A stretch of 64,000 nucleotides of DNA from Phoronis australis (taxonomy: Eukaryota; Animalia; Phoronida). How positions within the stretch are numbered: the first letter of the stretch is position 1; every line of letters begins with the position of its first letter. The stretch spans positions 334,208-398,207 of the forward strand of contig NMRA01000307.1 in NCBI GenBank assembly GCA_002633005.1, read 5' to 3'. The position numbers were made by a program, and so were the translations under genes. The notes under the pieces are model-generated. The model saw nothing but the letters and a program-made list of their open reading frames with translations. It searched no databases and was not told where the DNA came from. Shown in pieces: positions 12,557-27,500 of this stretch.

Positions 12557-15500
12557 CTACCACGTAGTGGTCCGTCTTCGCTTTGTTATTTTCTGCCCTT
12601 CTTCTGTGGACGGTCGCCTTTTGTTCTGAGATTTTGACAGCCCCGGCTTTTTGAAGTTGAAAATGACCTCATCTTCATCATCATCACCAACACCACCATC
12701 ATCATCATCATCTTCATTGTTGAAGAAATCACCTGAGATGTCACATGGGGGCAGAGTCTTGAGTGTGTACACTAGTATGTATGCTTGACACTTCATCACT
12801 TCGGCAACAGGACACAGTTCCACCCTGGCATCATTACAGTGGGTCCAGGAACCTGGGAACACAAAACAGGGTTGCAATATAATGACATTGCACTGGGCTC
12901 AAGAGATCAGTGGACACAAAACAGGGTTGCAATATAACATTGCACTGGGCTCAAGAGATCAGTGGACACAAAACAGGGTTATAATGTGACAACATTACAA
13001 TGGGCCCACGTGACTAAAAACACAAAATAGGGTAGTTATAATTTTATATGTTACAGGGGCCAGGAGAGTGTGGACACAAAACAGGGTTATAATGTGATGA
13101 CATTACACTGGGACCAGGAGATTGAGGACACAAAAAACAGGATTACAAAGTTGTTAAGTAGTGATAGGGCTCAAGAGAGCAACATGAAAAATGTAGAATG
13201 AAATATAGCAGCCACAAAGGCTCACGTCACAATGTACAAATCCACATGAAAAGAATCCTACGTCGACACCTTAACCCAGATTGGGCAACTCGACCGGTTT
13301 GCGCAACACAGATTCTGCCGGTTCAGATCAAAGGCACCATGCTAATGTGGTTAATAAAATCATCTCAGGCTGCTGATGTTATCGCTCCCTAGATAACTAC
13401 ACCATCATAAACACATTGAGGGCATCAATAGTGTTTTTTAGTTTTCGTTTTGAAAGTTTTCATGTAGCATATTTGAATAGTTCGTGATTGGATTTTTGAA
13501 TTTTGAAAATTGGATAAGAAACGTGAGTTTTAGAAACTAAAACACTTGTTTAATGTCGTAATTATATGTTACTCATTAATTCTGCTGTGTGTGCAACATA
13601 ACTGTGTCAATTACCAAACCACCAGGCAGCAGTTGGATTTTGACGTAAGCCAAGTGTCATCATACAATTCTTGGCATGTATGTACAACCTCAAACTACTA
13701 CAAAAAGTGAACAAACAGAAGTCTTGTTTGAACAAAATGAACCAGTTCAGTAGCCAAGCAAAGGTAATGTGTGTCGATTGCTTTCACCTGCCTTAGGAGG
13801 TGAGCCTGTAGCTGTGTGCGGGATATTGGACCCGAGAGGGAGAATTGATCATTACTGAGCGTGGGGGACACACCTAATTGTCCAGTTGAGCAAAAAATGC
13901 AGACCAATCTTAGGTGCCCCAACAAACATCTTCTAAGTATTTCACTTCATGTATTTTTTTATTTCATGTTCTACTGTTTGGTGACATGGGAATTTTGCCA
14001 AGTCACTATGTTAAGTTCTGAGCTCTGCAGGGACATTCAAACAAAACATAAATATTTGTGAAATTGGGCAACAGATAACACTGGATTATGTTGTATAAGA
14101 AGTCTGTGAGCCCTGGACATTTCATTTGACACCCTCACACTGGTCACCACAGTTTANNNNNNNNNCACAATTTTCACCTACAGTCCCAAGCTGGCATTTT
14201 CCTATTCAGAGAAATTTTCCACCCTTCCCCATGATTTAAAGCTTGTGGCTGCCACAACTTCCGACCTTATAGTTGCCGTGAGAGGTAGAATTTTCCAAGA
14301 CAGGCCTCTACCAGTGAGGCACTATGAAAAATTCATCAAAACAGAGCAATCGCACTCACCAATATCCTCATTCCAGCAGTAGGTCGTGTAATGGCCAGAT
14401 CCGAAGCCCCGACCGTGGTGTATGACCACAGCTGACAACGTGAAGACATGACTACCAGCGTCACAAGTCGTGTGGCAGAATGGATGGAGATCTAACTCTT
14501 GATCAAACACCACGTGTGTGCTGATTTTCTCTCTATGAAGTCGGCCAGACCACCTGCAACAAACGCAGTAACAATTAGACGTACTTCACAAACCTTTGAC
14601 CTGGACCTGCTTGATTCTGTTGTTTTGTGACGGTTAAACAATCTCATGGAGATTTATGGTTCCAACTTAGTTTCAGCTTTGTAACTGGCCTTCTTATGTC
14701 CTCTAGAAAACAAGGAATTGAGAAAAGCTAAGTATGTAAAATATTATGTTGAGGCTAATTCGAATAGATCAAGATTCATAAACTAGTGTCATTTTTCATT
14801 TTGTGGCATTTTTGGTGTCTTTTCAGCCATCCCAATGATATATTATTCTAAAAAATTGAGAAGTCGTAAGAGGTCAACATACTCAAACAATGGCACCAAC
14901 TAAATGTTCATATCGGTGACTTCATTGAACATGTGTGATGTCATACATTGCAAAGAGACCACTGCTGTAACTTCAATAACCACAGGAATGTGACGGTGTC
15001 TTTGTTAATTGCCACTATGAATTCCATAGTACTGTTTATTTTAGTTTAAACAACACTTTAGTAGATGCTTTATTAAAAAGTGATATATTATGGGGACTTA
15101 CTCTGATTTATTAGAAAGCACTTCACCAGTCAGCATACTCACCCCCATACAGAGGTACTAGCAGAAAAACATGTTTATGTTTGTGTATCCAAATTGGTAT
15201 AATATTCATACGGTGCAAGTTTACGTCAATACTAATCGAAATGACTAAGGAAGTCTTGGGGGGATCTCAACCCGAATTTGAATAGGCTCTGTTACTAGAG
15301 CACAACAGACGCTAGAGTTGATGGGGAATGCAACTATGGTTAGTGAAAAGGGCACTGTAAAGCTTTGATATGCCAACAGCGTGTGCATCGTGAACAGCAC
15401 AGATACAAGGGGTCGTCATAATTTAAACATTCCCATTAGAGAGAGCAATTCGTCAACTTGAAATAGTCTCCAGGGACTGCAACGTAAGACAGCTATTGTG

Positions 15501-18500
15501 TCTGGACTCCATAAGAACACACCTGCCACCTTTCATCATGATTCTACATTAGCAGTTTGGCAGATTGGGAGGTAAACAGCAAAAAGAGATGCCAAAATAA
15601 TTAAAATGTCGCTGAGGAGAACAGCAAATGCCAAATCCCTCTAAAACAAGACAGGTGTAATGGCCTTTGTAATCCTAATGTATAAGCCAAATTCCATGAA
15701 CATCCAACAAATTTTACAGATATTGAGGAAAATATAAATAATACCAAAATTGCCTATAGGATACTCCAAAGTAGTCGGATTTGTCCCAAAATCCACATCA
15801 GTTACTCTTCTCAACAGGAACACATACCATCAAGGAACTTTGTAAATATTGAACCACAGCCAAAAAAACGCCACTAGGTGTCACAGTAGTCGGGCTAGTC
15901 CAAAAATCATCATGAGCTAAAATCTTCTCAGTAAGAACAGTCATGTTTATGCATGCCAATTTTCATATGATAATGATCCTTCAAGCAGCTTGGCGGATAG
16001 AGGTGTACGCCACATTTCATGAAAAGATATGAAGAAAATTGGTAGATACTGTGCCACAAGCAGTAAAAGCAAAATTGCCACTAAGAGGCTCCAAAGTCAG
16101 CCAAGTTCTTCTGCCAATTTTCATAACGGTCCTCCAAGCAGTTTGGCTTATACAAATAGACACCAAAAACAGACTCAAAATAATAAAAATGACCACTAGT
16201 TGGTGTGGAAAACCTAAAATCTGTCCTATTTGCCAATTTTCATGAAAATTCACCACAGAACATCGAAGATACAGGGATAACGACAACATGCCACCACACA
16301 CAAATATATGCTTGAAATGTAGCTACGTATTGCTCAAAGGCAGCTGTACAATATAAACCATGTTGCGTGAAACAGATTTTTACTCGACATATCATTGAGA
16401 AATTTGACAAGGACAAAGTTCAATCTTGTGCCATATTATGTTTTAAATTGAAGAAGTTTTACCCTACTCTGAAACAAGAGTATGAAACATGTTGCAAATA
16501 CTTAACGTTTTGCATTTTCAATCTCAGTTCTTTGCCACGAGTGTTAATCTGAACATGATAAGTGACACAACACCTGAATCTTTTAAGATGGAGCCGCACA
16601 CATCTCGGCAGTGACTTGATCATCAGTCGCTTGTCTGCCTCTGAGTATACTGTAGGCTTGTTGGATGCTTTCCTTCTCCGGTCGTTGCAGTGCTCACATG
16701 CATAGATTTTCCCTTCAAGTTTTTCCGTTTCGGTGAATGTTTTGAGCATCTCTGAAGTAAAAAATATACACATTTAATGTGTCAAATAGAGACCTTGGCA
16801 TATGCCAGACTTCCTAACTTGAGCTGTCTGCAGCCGTGACAGTCTGCAAAAGATAGTTTCAGCCACTTAACCCTTGTTGTTTTCTACGGTTATAATGTGG
16901 TCAGAATGGAACTCACAAGTGTTACATTTTGTTTAGTCGTAGTCACACCAAAAAGCATGTTGCAGGAAGCCTTTTAACCCTGGGGCCTGCAGCTGGTTGA
17001 TTGTGCTTTCACTCATACTGTTTACACAAGTTACCAGTGTGACTTCAATGGATCTTTACTGGCTGGCAAGAGGCCCGCAATGCAATTGGAAAAAGATGGT
17101 GGGATGCTAACAGGTGGAATTTCGCAGTAGACGAAATCTAGTGAATTGATAGCAGTACTTTTGAACAGTGCTTTAAGGTGAAATTTAAAATGGAAAATCA
17201 GCCATTTCGGTAATTATTTTGTTTGAATTTGTAGACACTAAATTCAATATGGACAAGATCGTTGTTCAAACATTCGGTAAGCACGTGAACAATACATGAG
17301 AACTAGAACTAGTGATATATGGGCTGTCACCCGAACATTCCCCCATGACTTGGTGCATTGTAATGCGATACTGTGATGGCCACCCAGAACACTCCCCCAT
17401 AATTTGGTAGGTTGATGTGCACAATGTGGGCTAACACAGCATCAAAAGTACACTATGCCCTTGACACCAGCAGGTTTTAGACATGGTGACACAGCAATCA
17501 GTGGATCTGTGATACGAGCCACATACCTTTCAGTGGAAAAATCAAAATTGGGGCAAGACCCCACCATAGTTGTTAATACCGATACATTGAACTTGGTAAT
17601 AGTTGGATCATCGTGCCCACATTTCGAGAACCTAATTTCTCTACTGGTTCTAAAAGTGTAGGCACTTTGTATCCGACAATTCCTGTAGACACTCTTGATA
17701 TTGATATTAAATACAACTAACATGATGGCTATTTGGTATGTTGTTAGTTGTCATTAAAATGTGCCAGCAAAGTTACTAGTCCACAGGTATCCACAAGCAG
17801 ACAGTGATCACAGGTCAAACAGATGGGGAGATCAATAATGCGGAATCTGCTTTCAGTTCAACTGGACAAAATCACATCATATTAAGCATAGGAATGATAA
17901 ATAAGAAAAGTTTTTAATTGATTTCAAGTTATTGACTGAGGCACCAAGTTACACTCCTTTCCATATTTAACATCAACTTATTTTCAAAATGTTGCTTATG
18001 ATACTGTAGTAGTGCCAGGAACTTTAATGAAAGCACAGTCATGTCATGACATCACAGGTCAGAGGTCACAATCCAGCTAGCCAAACGTGTCTCTCCAGAT
18101 CTCAGAAACACCTCAAAGTCTAAGCCCGCAAACTTGAGAAAGTGAACAAACACATACCGGTGTTAAAGTCACACAGTGTTTTTTCTCGACTTACAGCATA
18201 ATGATGAAAGCCATGACGTTAAGAAACTGATTATTCTAAACACATTCTCAAATAATATCAAGATTCTTCAAAAGTTCCAAAAATTCGTTTTAAGCCAGTT
18301 AATACGAGTGTGGGTGCAATAGGCAGGTTGATAATTATGACCTCATGTCAATATTGCAATTTTTTAACCAGCTGTATTTTTTTAACCAGCTGTAATTAGC
18401 TAACAAAAACTCACATCGACATGACAAACGGTATAATTCTCATGTGAATCATCGTTATGTTTTGCAGACACCTATTAAATCATCAACCATGTACAATCTG

Positions 18501-21500
18501 TATCATGTGTCCCTTGATTGCACTTTGGGCCCTCGATCCCTTTACTCTGAAGTCAAATGTCATCTGTATTGATGAACCTAATTATGCATGCGAAATTCCC
18601 CTTATCAGGTCCAAATATTCCCCTCACTAGGTCCAAATATTCCCCTCACCAGGTCCAAATATTCCCCTCATCAGGTCCATTAATATTCAACTCCAATGAT
18701 TAGAAAATTGCCTTGAAGGTTAGAATCACTTCAGCAAAAACAAGGCAAATTGAGGCATTGTTGATGAAGGGTGGCAAGCGTTGCTGAATTTGGCGCTAAA
18801 AAGTCACTTCATTTAAAATGCAACAAATAAACCAAATCATCATCATTTATTGCTGCCATGGTCATTGATGCCACTGTCACCATCACCAGGTCACCCACCA
18901 TCACCAGGTCAGCCACCATCACCAGGTCAGCCACCTTCACCAGGTCAGCCACCATCACCAGGTCAGCCACCATCACCAGGTCAGCCACCATCACTAGGTC
19001 ACCCACCATCACCAGGTCATCCACATCACCAGGTCATCTCATTGTTAACGAGAACAACTAAGAACAGAGTGCAAGACATTACCTGTGACGTGGCATACTT
19101 GGTCTTTTGTTGAAACATTAACATCGTGGTACCTCTCCGGAAACTCTAGAGATAAGTCCATGAAAGGCTCGTACCTGTGGGTCGTTAAACCACAGCTATG
19201 ACACATCACCTGGAATGAATAATCAAATAATAATTCCAACAGTAAGGTAAAAATTCTTCACTTTGGGACAAAATTAATTGTTAAAATTGCCATGTTTCTA
19301 TTGTTTCTATTGTTCAGAGGCTGACTGCATTGTTGCAAATGCACAGAATTTCACCTGCAATGATATTGTTTTAATAGTGTAATAGCTACACCAAGCTAAA
19401 AGCAATGTAAATTTTTTGCCCGAAAAGTTATTTTTGTTGAGAAATATGACAAAATGAAATTCCATCTGTCTGCCACATTGTGTCCGGAGCTGAAAAAAAT
19501 ATTGCCATGTGTGCTTATGTAAAGATAAAGTTGTATACAATCAACTGGCTGAAAATACAATTGTATTAATTCCCCCTATGGATTTTGAATACCCAAGTCC
19601 GGAATGTCCAAAGCCCAGCAACTTGACTGTGACCTGAGAATGACTAAACAAAACTTACTCTTCAAATTGCTGTTTGTTCAACACTAAATAGTCATACATT
19701 GTGTCAAAATCATCTTAAAACATCGTGAAGTTTTTTCGACTGAACAAAATGAAAAAGACCTACACTAATTCGTCACTTTTTGGCACACATTATGGCTTAC
19801 AAGTGCAATGTTAAATTTGTCCACAAAAGTAAAGATTAGGAACATTTTTACATATTACAAGCATGCTTAGAGGCGAGCAGACACCATAAAGCAACATTTA
19901 CTGGTTAAAAATATTGAGCAAAGATTCCTTTTGTAACCTAAGAAACCATACGTTGATGAAGAAAGTGTACAGCTGTTTCGTCCAAACCTCACAGACTTAA
20001 TTCACCACCAGGTGTGCCCTCTGTCATTGTGGAATAAAACAATAGAAACAGTACAGTGACAGAGGGTGCACCCGGTGGTGAATTAAATCCGTATTTTTAT
20101 CATTTAAGAGGAAGTCCATACAAAAACCAGTAGATTTTCAAAAATCAGTCTATACGTCAAAATTCAAAACAACTTCATTTTTCGTACGTGGATAGGTATC
20201 CTAACAAAAATCTAAATGCTACATATTGTGCACTCAATGACCCCTAACAGATTGAAAGTTTTTCTTCAGTGGCTGGAATAACAAATGTATACTGTAAATA
20301 ATTATTTGGCATTTACTCAAATTTGACGGCTTTATGCAAGACAGGGGATATAATTCACAGACCACTTTCCCTAGCTAATTTTAGTGGCCATTTTTGTGAC
20401 CCTCTTACTGCAATATTTCAACTAGTAGCTTTATGTAACTTTTTGAACATACAGCTAATTTAGAAAATCTTGATGACTGACCAAAAAATATCTTGCCCCG
20501 ACTTTAGATTAAGTGATAATTGTTTTGCGAAACTGTCAATTTTGGAAATGATGAGCATAGTTTATGAGCTAATTGAATGAAATTTTACGCAAGAAGTTTG
20601 CTTTCAATTGCTATAAAATCAAGTCTAAGGTCTATCAAAAGAAAACAAAATTGTTTTCTGGATGTATTACGCGATCATATTCAAAACTGAACCCGATGAC
20701 CTTTGTCCAGTGAGTCAGTTGACATTAGGTTTGAGGCTATATAAAAAACTTGTATATGCAACCCTCTTGTTTTCTTCCAATATCATTTATATGACAGTTT
20801 AGGTCAATTAAATGAAAGTAAATCCCTTTGAAATTTGAATTTGTAAGAATTGTTATTTCTAAAGTTAGGTTTTGAGGCTATCATGTTCTAAACAAGAGCA
20901 ACGCAGAGCATTGCACCATAAATGGAATGCTTCGGGGGAGTTCATTTGTATCATAAAAATGGCAACTGGATGGTGCAAAGTACATCGAATGCATCCGAAA
21001 AGTGGTATATGTAATCGAAGCTATTTACTAAATTCGTCAACGGACTTCTGAGAAATCGAGGAAAACAGAATAAAATAATATTGCCAATAGGAAGCTCCGG
21101 GCGCAAGAAAAACACAACTGCCACTAGGAGGCACCACAGTAGTTGAAGTCGTCGGAAAATCATCGTCAACCGTTCTGTACACACTAAGAACATATATGCC
21201 AATTTTCACAATAATAACTTGTTCATTTATATCATAAAAATGACAACTAGATGGTGCAAAATGACCAATCCATCTGAAAACGGAACATGCCATCGCTTCT
21301 TCAATAGAAAGCTATTTACTGAATTTCATAAAAATCTGCTCAAGGAACTTCAGAGAAACAAAAGAAAACGGAAAACAATAAATTGCTACTAGGGGGCACA
21401 GCGTCCGCCTGAAAGTCGCTGTCCATTGTTAGCTTCATATAAATACACTTACCAAGTTCAATAAATATCCTGCAGTGGGTTTAGGAGATACAGCTACAGG

Positions 21501-24500
21501 CGCAAAACAAAACTACCACTACGAGACGCCACAGTATTCGAAGTCATCATCGTCAACCGTCCTCATCACATTGAGCACATATACACCAATTTTCAAAATC
21601 ATCCTTAGAATGGTTTGGTTGATAGAGGTGGACGCTAAAAAATGGACTCGAAAGCAGTAAAAATGGCCACTAGGTGGCGCAAAATACCCGAATCCATCCG
21701 AAAACGGCAGGATAGAGTCACCTCACCAATAGATGTCTATATTCCAAATTTTATGAAAATCCGTTGAGGACCTTTGAATATACAGTATAGAGGTAAGCGT
21801 ATAAAACTAAAATTGCCACTAGGGTGCACAGCAGTAGTTAGACAGGTCTGAAATTCGTTGTCATCCATCGTCAGCTTCATAGGAGCACATCTGCCAGATC
21901 TTATCAGATCCTCTGACATCAGACGACGGACGCCCAGACAGAGAAGACAGCAACATGCACTCACATATAATATGTGGGCGCATAAAAAAGGAAGAACGCA
22001 GTCCATTTCTAATCGTTTAGAGAGTTTTCATGAAACAAGTGCGATCACAAAAGTTGTAGTCAGTCTTGCTAAAGACACTTAGAACATCTGAGATGCTGTA
22101 TACCGCATAAATCAAGATCAGTGACAGCGCATGAGCTCGTACTCGCCAGGATAGGTAAATTCGTGATTGAGCAGGACCAGTCGTGCAGACAAATCATATG
22201 CAATGTTCACCAAAGAGATTTGGTCCCAGTTTCCACCCAAGCAGAAAAGGTCTGTAACCTGAACACCCGAGACCTTCCAGAAGAAAATCTGAATGAGGTA
22301 TTGACTCCAACATTTCACAGTGGATATTGGCTCACCGAGTTTGGACAGGCTGAGAACTGGTACCAACTGGAACCTTCGATTTCAAGAGCCACAAAATCAA
22401 GTGTCACAGTTGGAGTTAAATGAACCAACTTTGCTTTCCTAGTGCTCGCCGTATACATGTATTATAAATTTTATCGTAGTTTCTAGTTCAGGTGAAATGA
22501 CAGTAGTCACTCCAATGGCGTAGCCAGCACCTCCTTGGCCCCCATCGAAACCTCACTAAGTGGCACCCTCATCCCCGGTTGATAGCTATGTAACCCCGTA
22601 GTTAACAGATGCCCGGTGCCCCCTTTGGACGACACCTGTTTAGCACCTCCCTTTGACAGGTACCTAGCGGCATCTGACAACCTTGCTACAGCAGAGTCAG
22701 TCCCTTGGTACGTTTGCTATGAAGTCCAGACCATAGTGTTGAAGTGTGTTTACTTTATGCCTGTCATGAATTGAGTCATTAACAATAGTGTCCTTCATGA
22801 ATTGTTTTCTCTTGATCTTGAATGTATGCCTTTTCATACCGTTGATGATCGCACTGTCAGAAATATTCAACGTTGGGGTGGCCGGCGACCGGTATGGAGA
22901 CGAAGAATCGGAGCATCCAGTGGGGACATTACAACATGAACGCAAAATTACAATGAGTTTTGACCGAGTTGTAGATATTTTTGCACTGAACAGAGGGCCA
23001 TAACCCCCTTAGGTGCTTCCCTTCCTGTGCCAGTGGCTCTCACAATGAAAGTAAAAAAAACACAGCTAAGACAGATTCGGCTGGTAGGCTAGTCGCGTCC
23101 ACTGCTCCATGTAAACAAACAGCGACGCCATCTATTTAGACGAAGCATGCATGCCAGTCACAATTTATGTACATAACTTTTTGTAATAAGCAATAATCAT
23201 CAGGCATGGTTTTGAGAGAATGGTAATTAGTAGTGTTGTCTGCTTTTTATCTAAAATACAAGCGTTTTACGTCGTATTTGTAAACACGTTTCAAGAGGCC
23301 CCTATTGGTGGGTGAGGCAACTGAGAACAGGCAAATAGGACGAAGTGCAGTTCATATAATGTTTCATAAGCAAAAACAACAGGAGAGACAAGATTTTTTA
23401 TTTAAGATTATGAAAAGGTTAGGAACAACTATTTACCATATTTCATAAAAATCCGATAAACAGGAATGACTTATTATAAGGTCAGTTTTTGAAAAAGTGC
23501 AACATAACTGCTACAGAGTGACAAAGTTGGCCGAAAATGAATTCAGTGAAGACCTGCAAAATAGCCGTTTTTGCCACACAAAATCAAAACATACAAATTT
23601 GAATATGAATTTAAAAAGTTATGCCTGCCCATTAAATTATTCAATCATTGTCCTTTAAAACTGTATTACTCATTTGTTATCAGCTAGCTATACATGCTAG
23701 CAAAATGCATTTCAAACATGTCTATTTGTTGCCAAATGGAGGTACATGCCAGAAAAAGAGAAATAATGGATAAAAATCTTAAAAAGCAATATTTTCTACA
23801 TCTCACCAAACCAATCTCATGTGCCACGTCTCAAAAAAATCTGTGATTTTAAGTATAGACTGAACCTGTTGGTTTTTATACAGAGTCACTCTTAAATGGA
23901 ACCCAGTAAATATACATAGTCTCATTTAGTGATTAAGCTTCAGTCGTTTACAAAAAGGTAATCAGCTACTGAAAAATGGTAAAATAAACACTTGTCCATT
24001 ATTTTTGTGCAAAGATCCCTATTTAACAATGTAAAGTGCTACAATACCTCACTAATCAACTGCCCCTGGAAGAGGCCACTTATTATGTCGGTGGAGACAG
24101 GCTCAGGATGCTGTTTGCAGATGTAGCTCTGCACTGTTTGCAGCTCCCTCTGGATTCTGTCCAGTAACTCGCTGAAGCAATATAGAAAAAGTAATACTAA
24201 TAAATGTAAAAAATATTAGACCACTTACATTACACAGTGCTTTCCTCTGTAATGTTGAGTTTCTAAATGAAATTGCTGATGGAAAGAGACACGGGTTCAT
24301 GCTAGCCATTTAAATAAAATCATCGCAACTTTACGATCCTAACAATTCCACCAAAACTTGCTTTTAATGCCAGCAATGGTTTCACGTACCTTCGCTTATC
24401 ATTTGTATTGGACATTTTGAGTAAAAGTGCCGACACAAAAGCAAAATGTATTGTTGAAGAGCAGCCGATGAACATGAGCAAGTTTTGGATACTTTTGTAA

Positions 24501-27500
24501 ACTGCAATTATGATTGCCATCAATATTTTGGCCAGTTACATGGTAGAAAACACATATTCTACCACGAAACTTAGTGAGACTAAAAACAAGGAAAATGTAA
24601 ACAAAAGCCATGAACTATCGTTGTAGGAATCATTGAAATATGCTCAAGTATCATGAAGGAAATACCACATCTAGCCCCTAAATAAATTCAATGAAAAAAC
24701 AATTCTCAACAGATTTGGTTGATTTTAGCTCGGAAAAAGCAGTAGTGGAAAACTCTTATTCCTGTTAAGTACACCAGCTGATGTCACCCTTGGTTGAATA
24801 ATATACAACCAGATTTCATTTATGTACACCAGACTCTAATGGTAATAGTCTGGACTTGAGACTAGATGATACGTAGTGACGAAAAACCAAGTTAATAATA
24901 TTATTAAGTGACATACTTTAAGAACTCTTGTGCATCTTGTTGGCTGTAACCTTTAAAGAACGGAATGGATGTCCAGACTGCATTCAGCACAGCATGGGGA
25001 CTGACCAGTGCCCATTTCCCTGACCACATGACTCTAAACAGAGCATGCAGCTCATAACATAGCGATCTACAAACAACAAACAACCATCAACAACAGGGAG
25101 GGCCAGTACACATGAAGGCATAACTATCTTTGACATCTTTGTACATGACGTAGAGCATTGTGAGAAATCTTTCATTCTAATCACCAGATGGCTAGAAATC
25201 AAAAGAAATGTAGGTTTTATTGTACTGGAAATGAACAAATTTCCACAAACACGAGATGTTTCCCTTCATCTGTCAAAAGGTTGTAGTACAAGTGTGCTAA
25301 GAAGTGACAGAACTAAGTGTATTAGGCAAATGATAGTATGGGCAAATAACAGGTGGGACCTTGGGAGCCAAGGCCAAGCTGAACCCTTGTTGATATACTA
25401 GTTATAGAGGAAAGCTTTAGATTCAGGCATGAGAATAGCCTTGCTTTTATCTAGAACTTGTACTAAAATCCATTATTATTTTGTTTCTTTTAGGGCCTTT
25501 CATACTAACGTTGACGCGTCAATGGTTTGGGGAGTTGCGGTCAGTATGAACACTTTACTCCGGTCCTGGATCCCAGTTAACATCGCAGTTAACAGGTGGA
25601 TTTAAGACCGCAGCGTTGACGCTGCGGTGCAGTATGAACGCTTAACTCTGGTCCAATCGAAGTTATCGCCAGGTGCCACTGTTATCGTCAACAGTTACAG
25701 AATAGTGCCGTCACTAATAACTACTTATTTTTGCTCTAATGATAACCAATCGATTTAAAATGAGTTTAATGTCATTTAGCACATTTAAACGCTCCCAAAT
25801 TGTCACATTGAAAAAAATCTTAGCGTGCAGCGCTACCTTGCGATAACTTCGATGACGTCAGCATCACCAACCCTTTACTTCGATGGTCATTAACTACCGA
25901 AGCCACTATGAACGGTCCAGTTAACTGCGCTGTTTACGTCGGCTCAGACCGGAGTTAAGTCAATAAGAAAGGGCCTTTATTCAGCTCACTCAGTTGAAAA
26001 ACAAGTTAAAACAGTAACACTAACAATCTCCAGACAGTCGTTGACGGATATGTAAGTTGATTTAAACAATGGAAATGTGGCTGGCTTTGACTGCTTTTTG
26101 CACACAGGCAAGAAACACTACAGAAGTTGTAAAACAAACTACATTAACATAAAATAATGTAGTGGATGAAAGGTTACCAGATGGAAAGATAAGACAAATT
26201 TCTGATTTTGTCGGGATTATGTTCTTTTTGGTTTAAAACCTGAAGGGCTTCCCAACTCAGCACTGTGAAGTTATTGCACACTTAATAAACTGCTATGGAC
26301 TCTGGACCAGGAAGTATTTAATGACAAATATCACAGGCTAGTTCTCTTTATTAAAAGGTTGTGTTACTAGGAACAGGACGGAGGTGTGCAATCTTTAACA
26401 CTGATCAAGAGTTTCCTTTTAGAGAACCAAAGTCATCTCCAGGCTGCCTGCCTTAAAAGTCAATCAGTCATATCCTGGCAGGGTCATTCATTAATTTTTT
26501 CCATTTAATAGTGAGGTGGACAAGAGCACAGACTAGCATTTCTACCGAGCTAATGAATAAAGGTCCTTTCTTAGTAGCATTGGGGCTTATGATCTAATAC
26601 GTGAACTCCAACTCCAGTTTATTTATGCACAAGTCTACACTTCAATTTTGCACTAAATGATCTCAAAATCAAACCTTTGACAAACTAAAGTTCAAACTCG
26701 AGATTTTGAGTTCCGACTCTAACTCTCGGCCATCATATGCAAATTAGGACTTTACAATAATCCACATGAGTACAAATACACAACAATAAACTTAAATTTG
26801 TAAATAGCAGAATGAAAAATGTTAAAAATAAATAGGAGATTGAGTTTGGAGCCTAAACCTTTGGCCCTAAATATTGATAGATAACAAGTATTCAATATAG
26901 CAATATTCGTTTCTACAGATAGCTGCCTTGTTTCATTAGCGCCACCTAGAGGACTTTGAACTGGCCTGCGCTCACAGTTGGTGTCAATAATGCACTAAGA
27001 CTCACGATGTATAACGAACATTGATTCTAAATAAAAACAAGCATAGTTAGCAACTGTCTTCTAGATTTCCTCAGTAGAGGTATTTCAAGGGCGGAACTCA
27101 TGGGTGGTACTTTCAGTGTGTTCAAGTATACAACACTTTGCATCATCTATCTAACACTTATCCCTGGCATTTGGGAAGCTTTGTTTTCAAGACAAAACTT
27201 CCTAAGTGGCATCTCAAAAACATCAGTAATTTTACCCATTCCTACTTGAAATACAATCCTATTGTTTTAAAAATGATAAAAGAGCTCACATGAGATTAAA
27301 AAAAGAGTTCATCCAAGAGTATGGCAAAAATGTGCAAGTGGGACACAACTCTTTACACTTTCACACACATCGTATTATTGGTTGCGCAAGCACACTCAAC
27401 ATATGACAATGATAGGTATGAAGATGCCAACCACATTGTAAACATCAACGTTAATGCTGCACGGAGTGGTAATACAGACGGACTCATCAGCAAACTGCGG

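Noticed and set aside
18809-19113. Pro-rich, collagen-like ORFs (PGQPPS repeats)
   Set aside because: All frames are open because of an 18-bp minisatellite inside a USP intron; no splice or start support.
20891-21989. Recurring ccactag motif at 130-150 bp spacing as a repeat-spacer array
   Set aside because: Intervening sequences are themselves related (aaatttcat, gaaaatc motifs), so these are degenerate internal tandem units of a dispersed transposon family.
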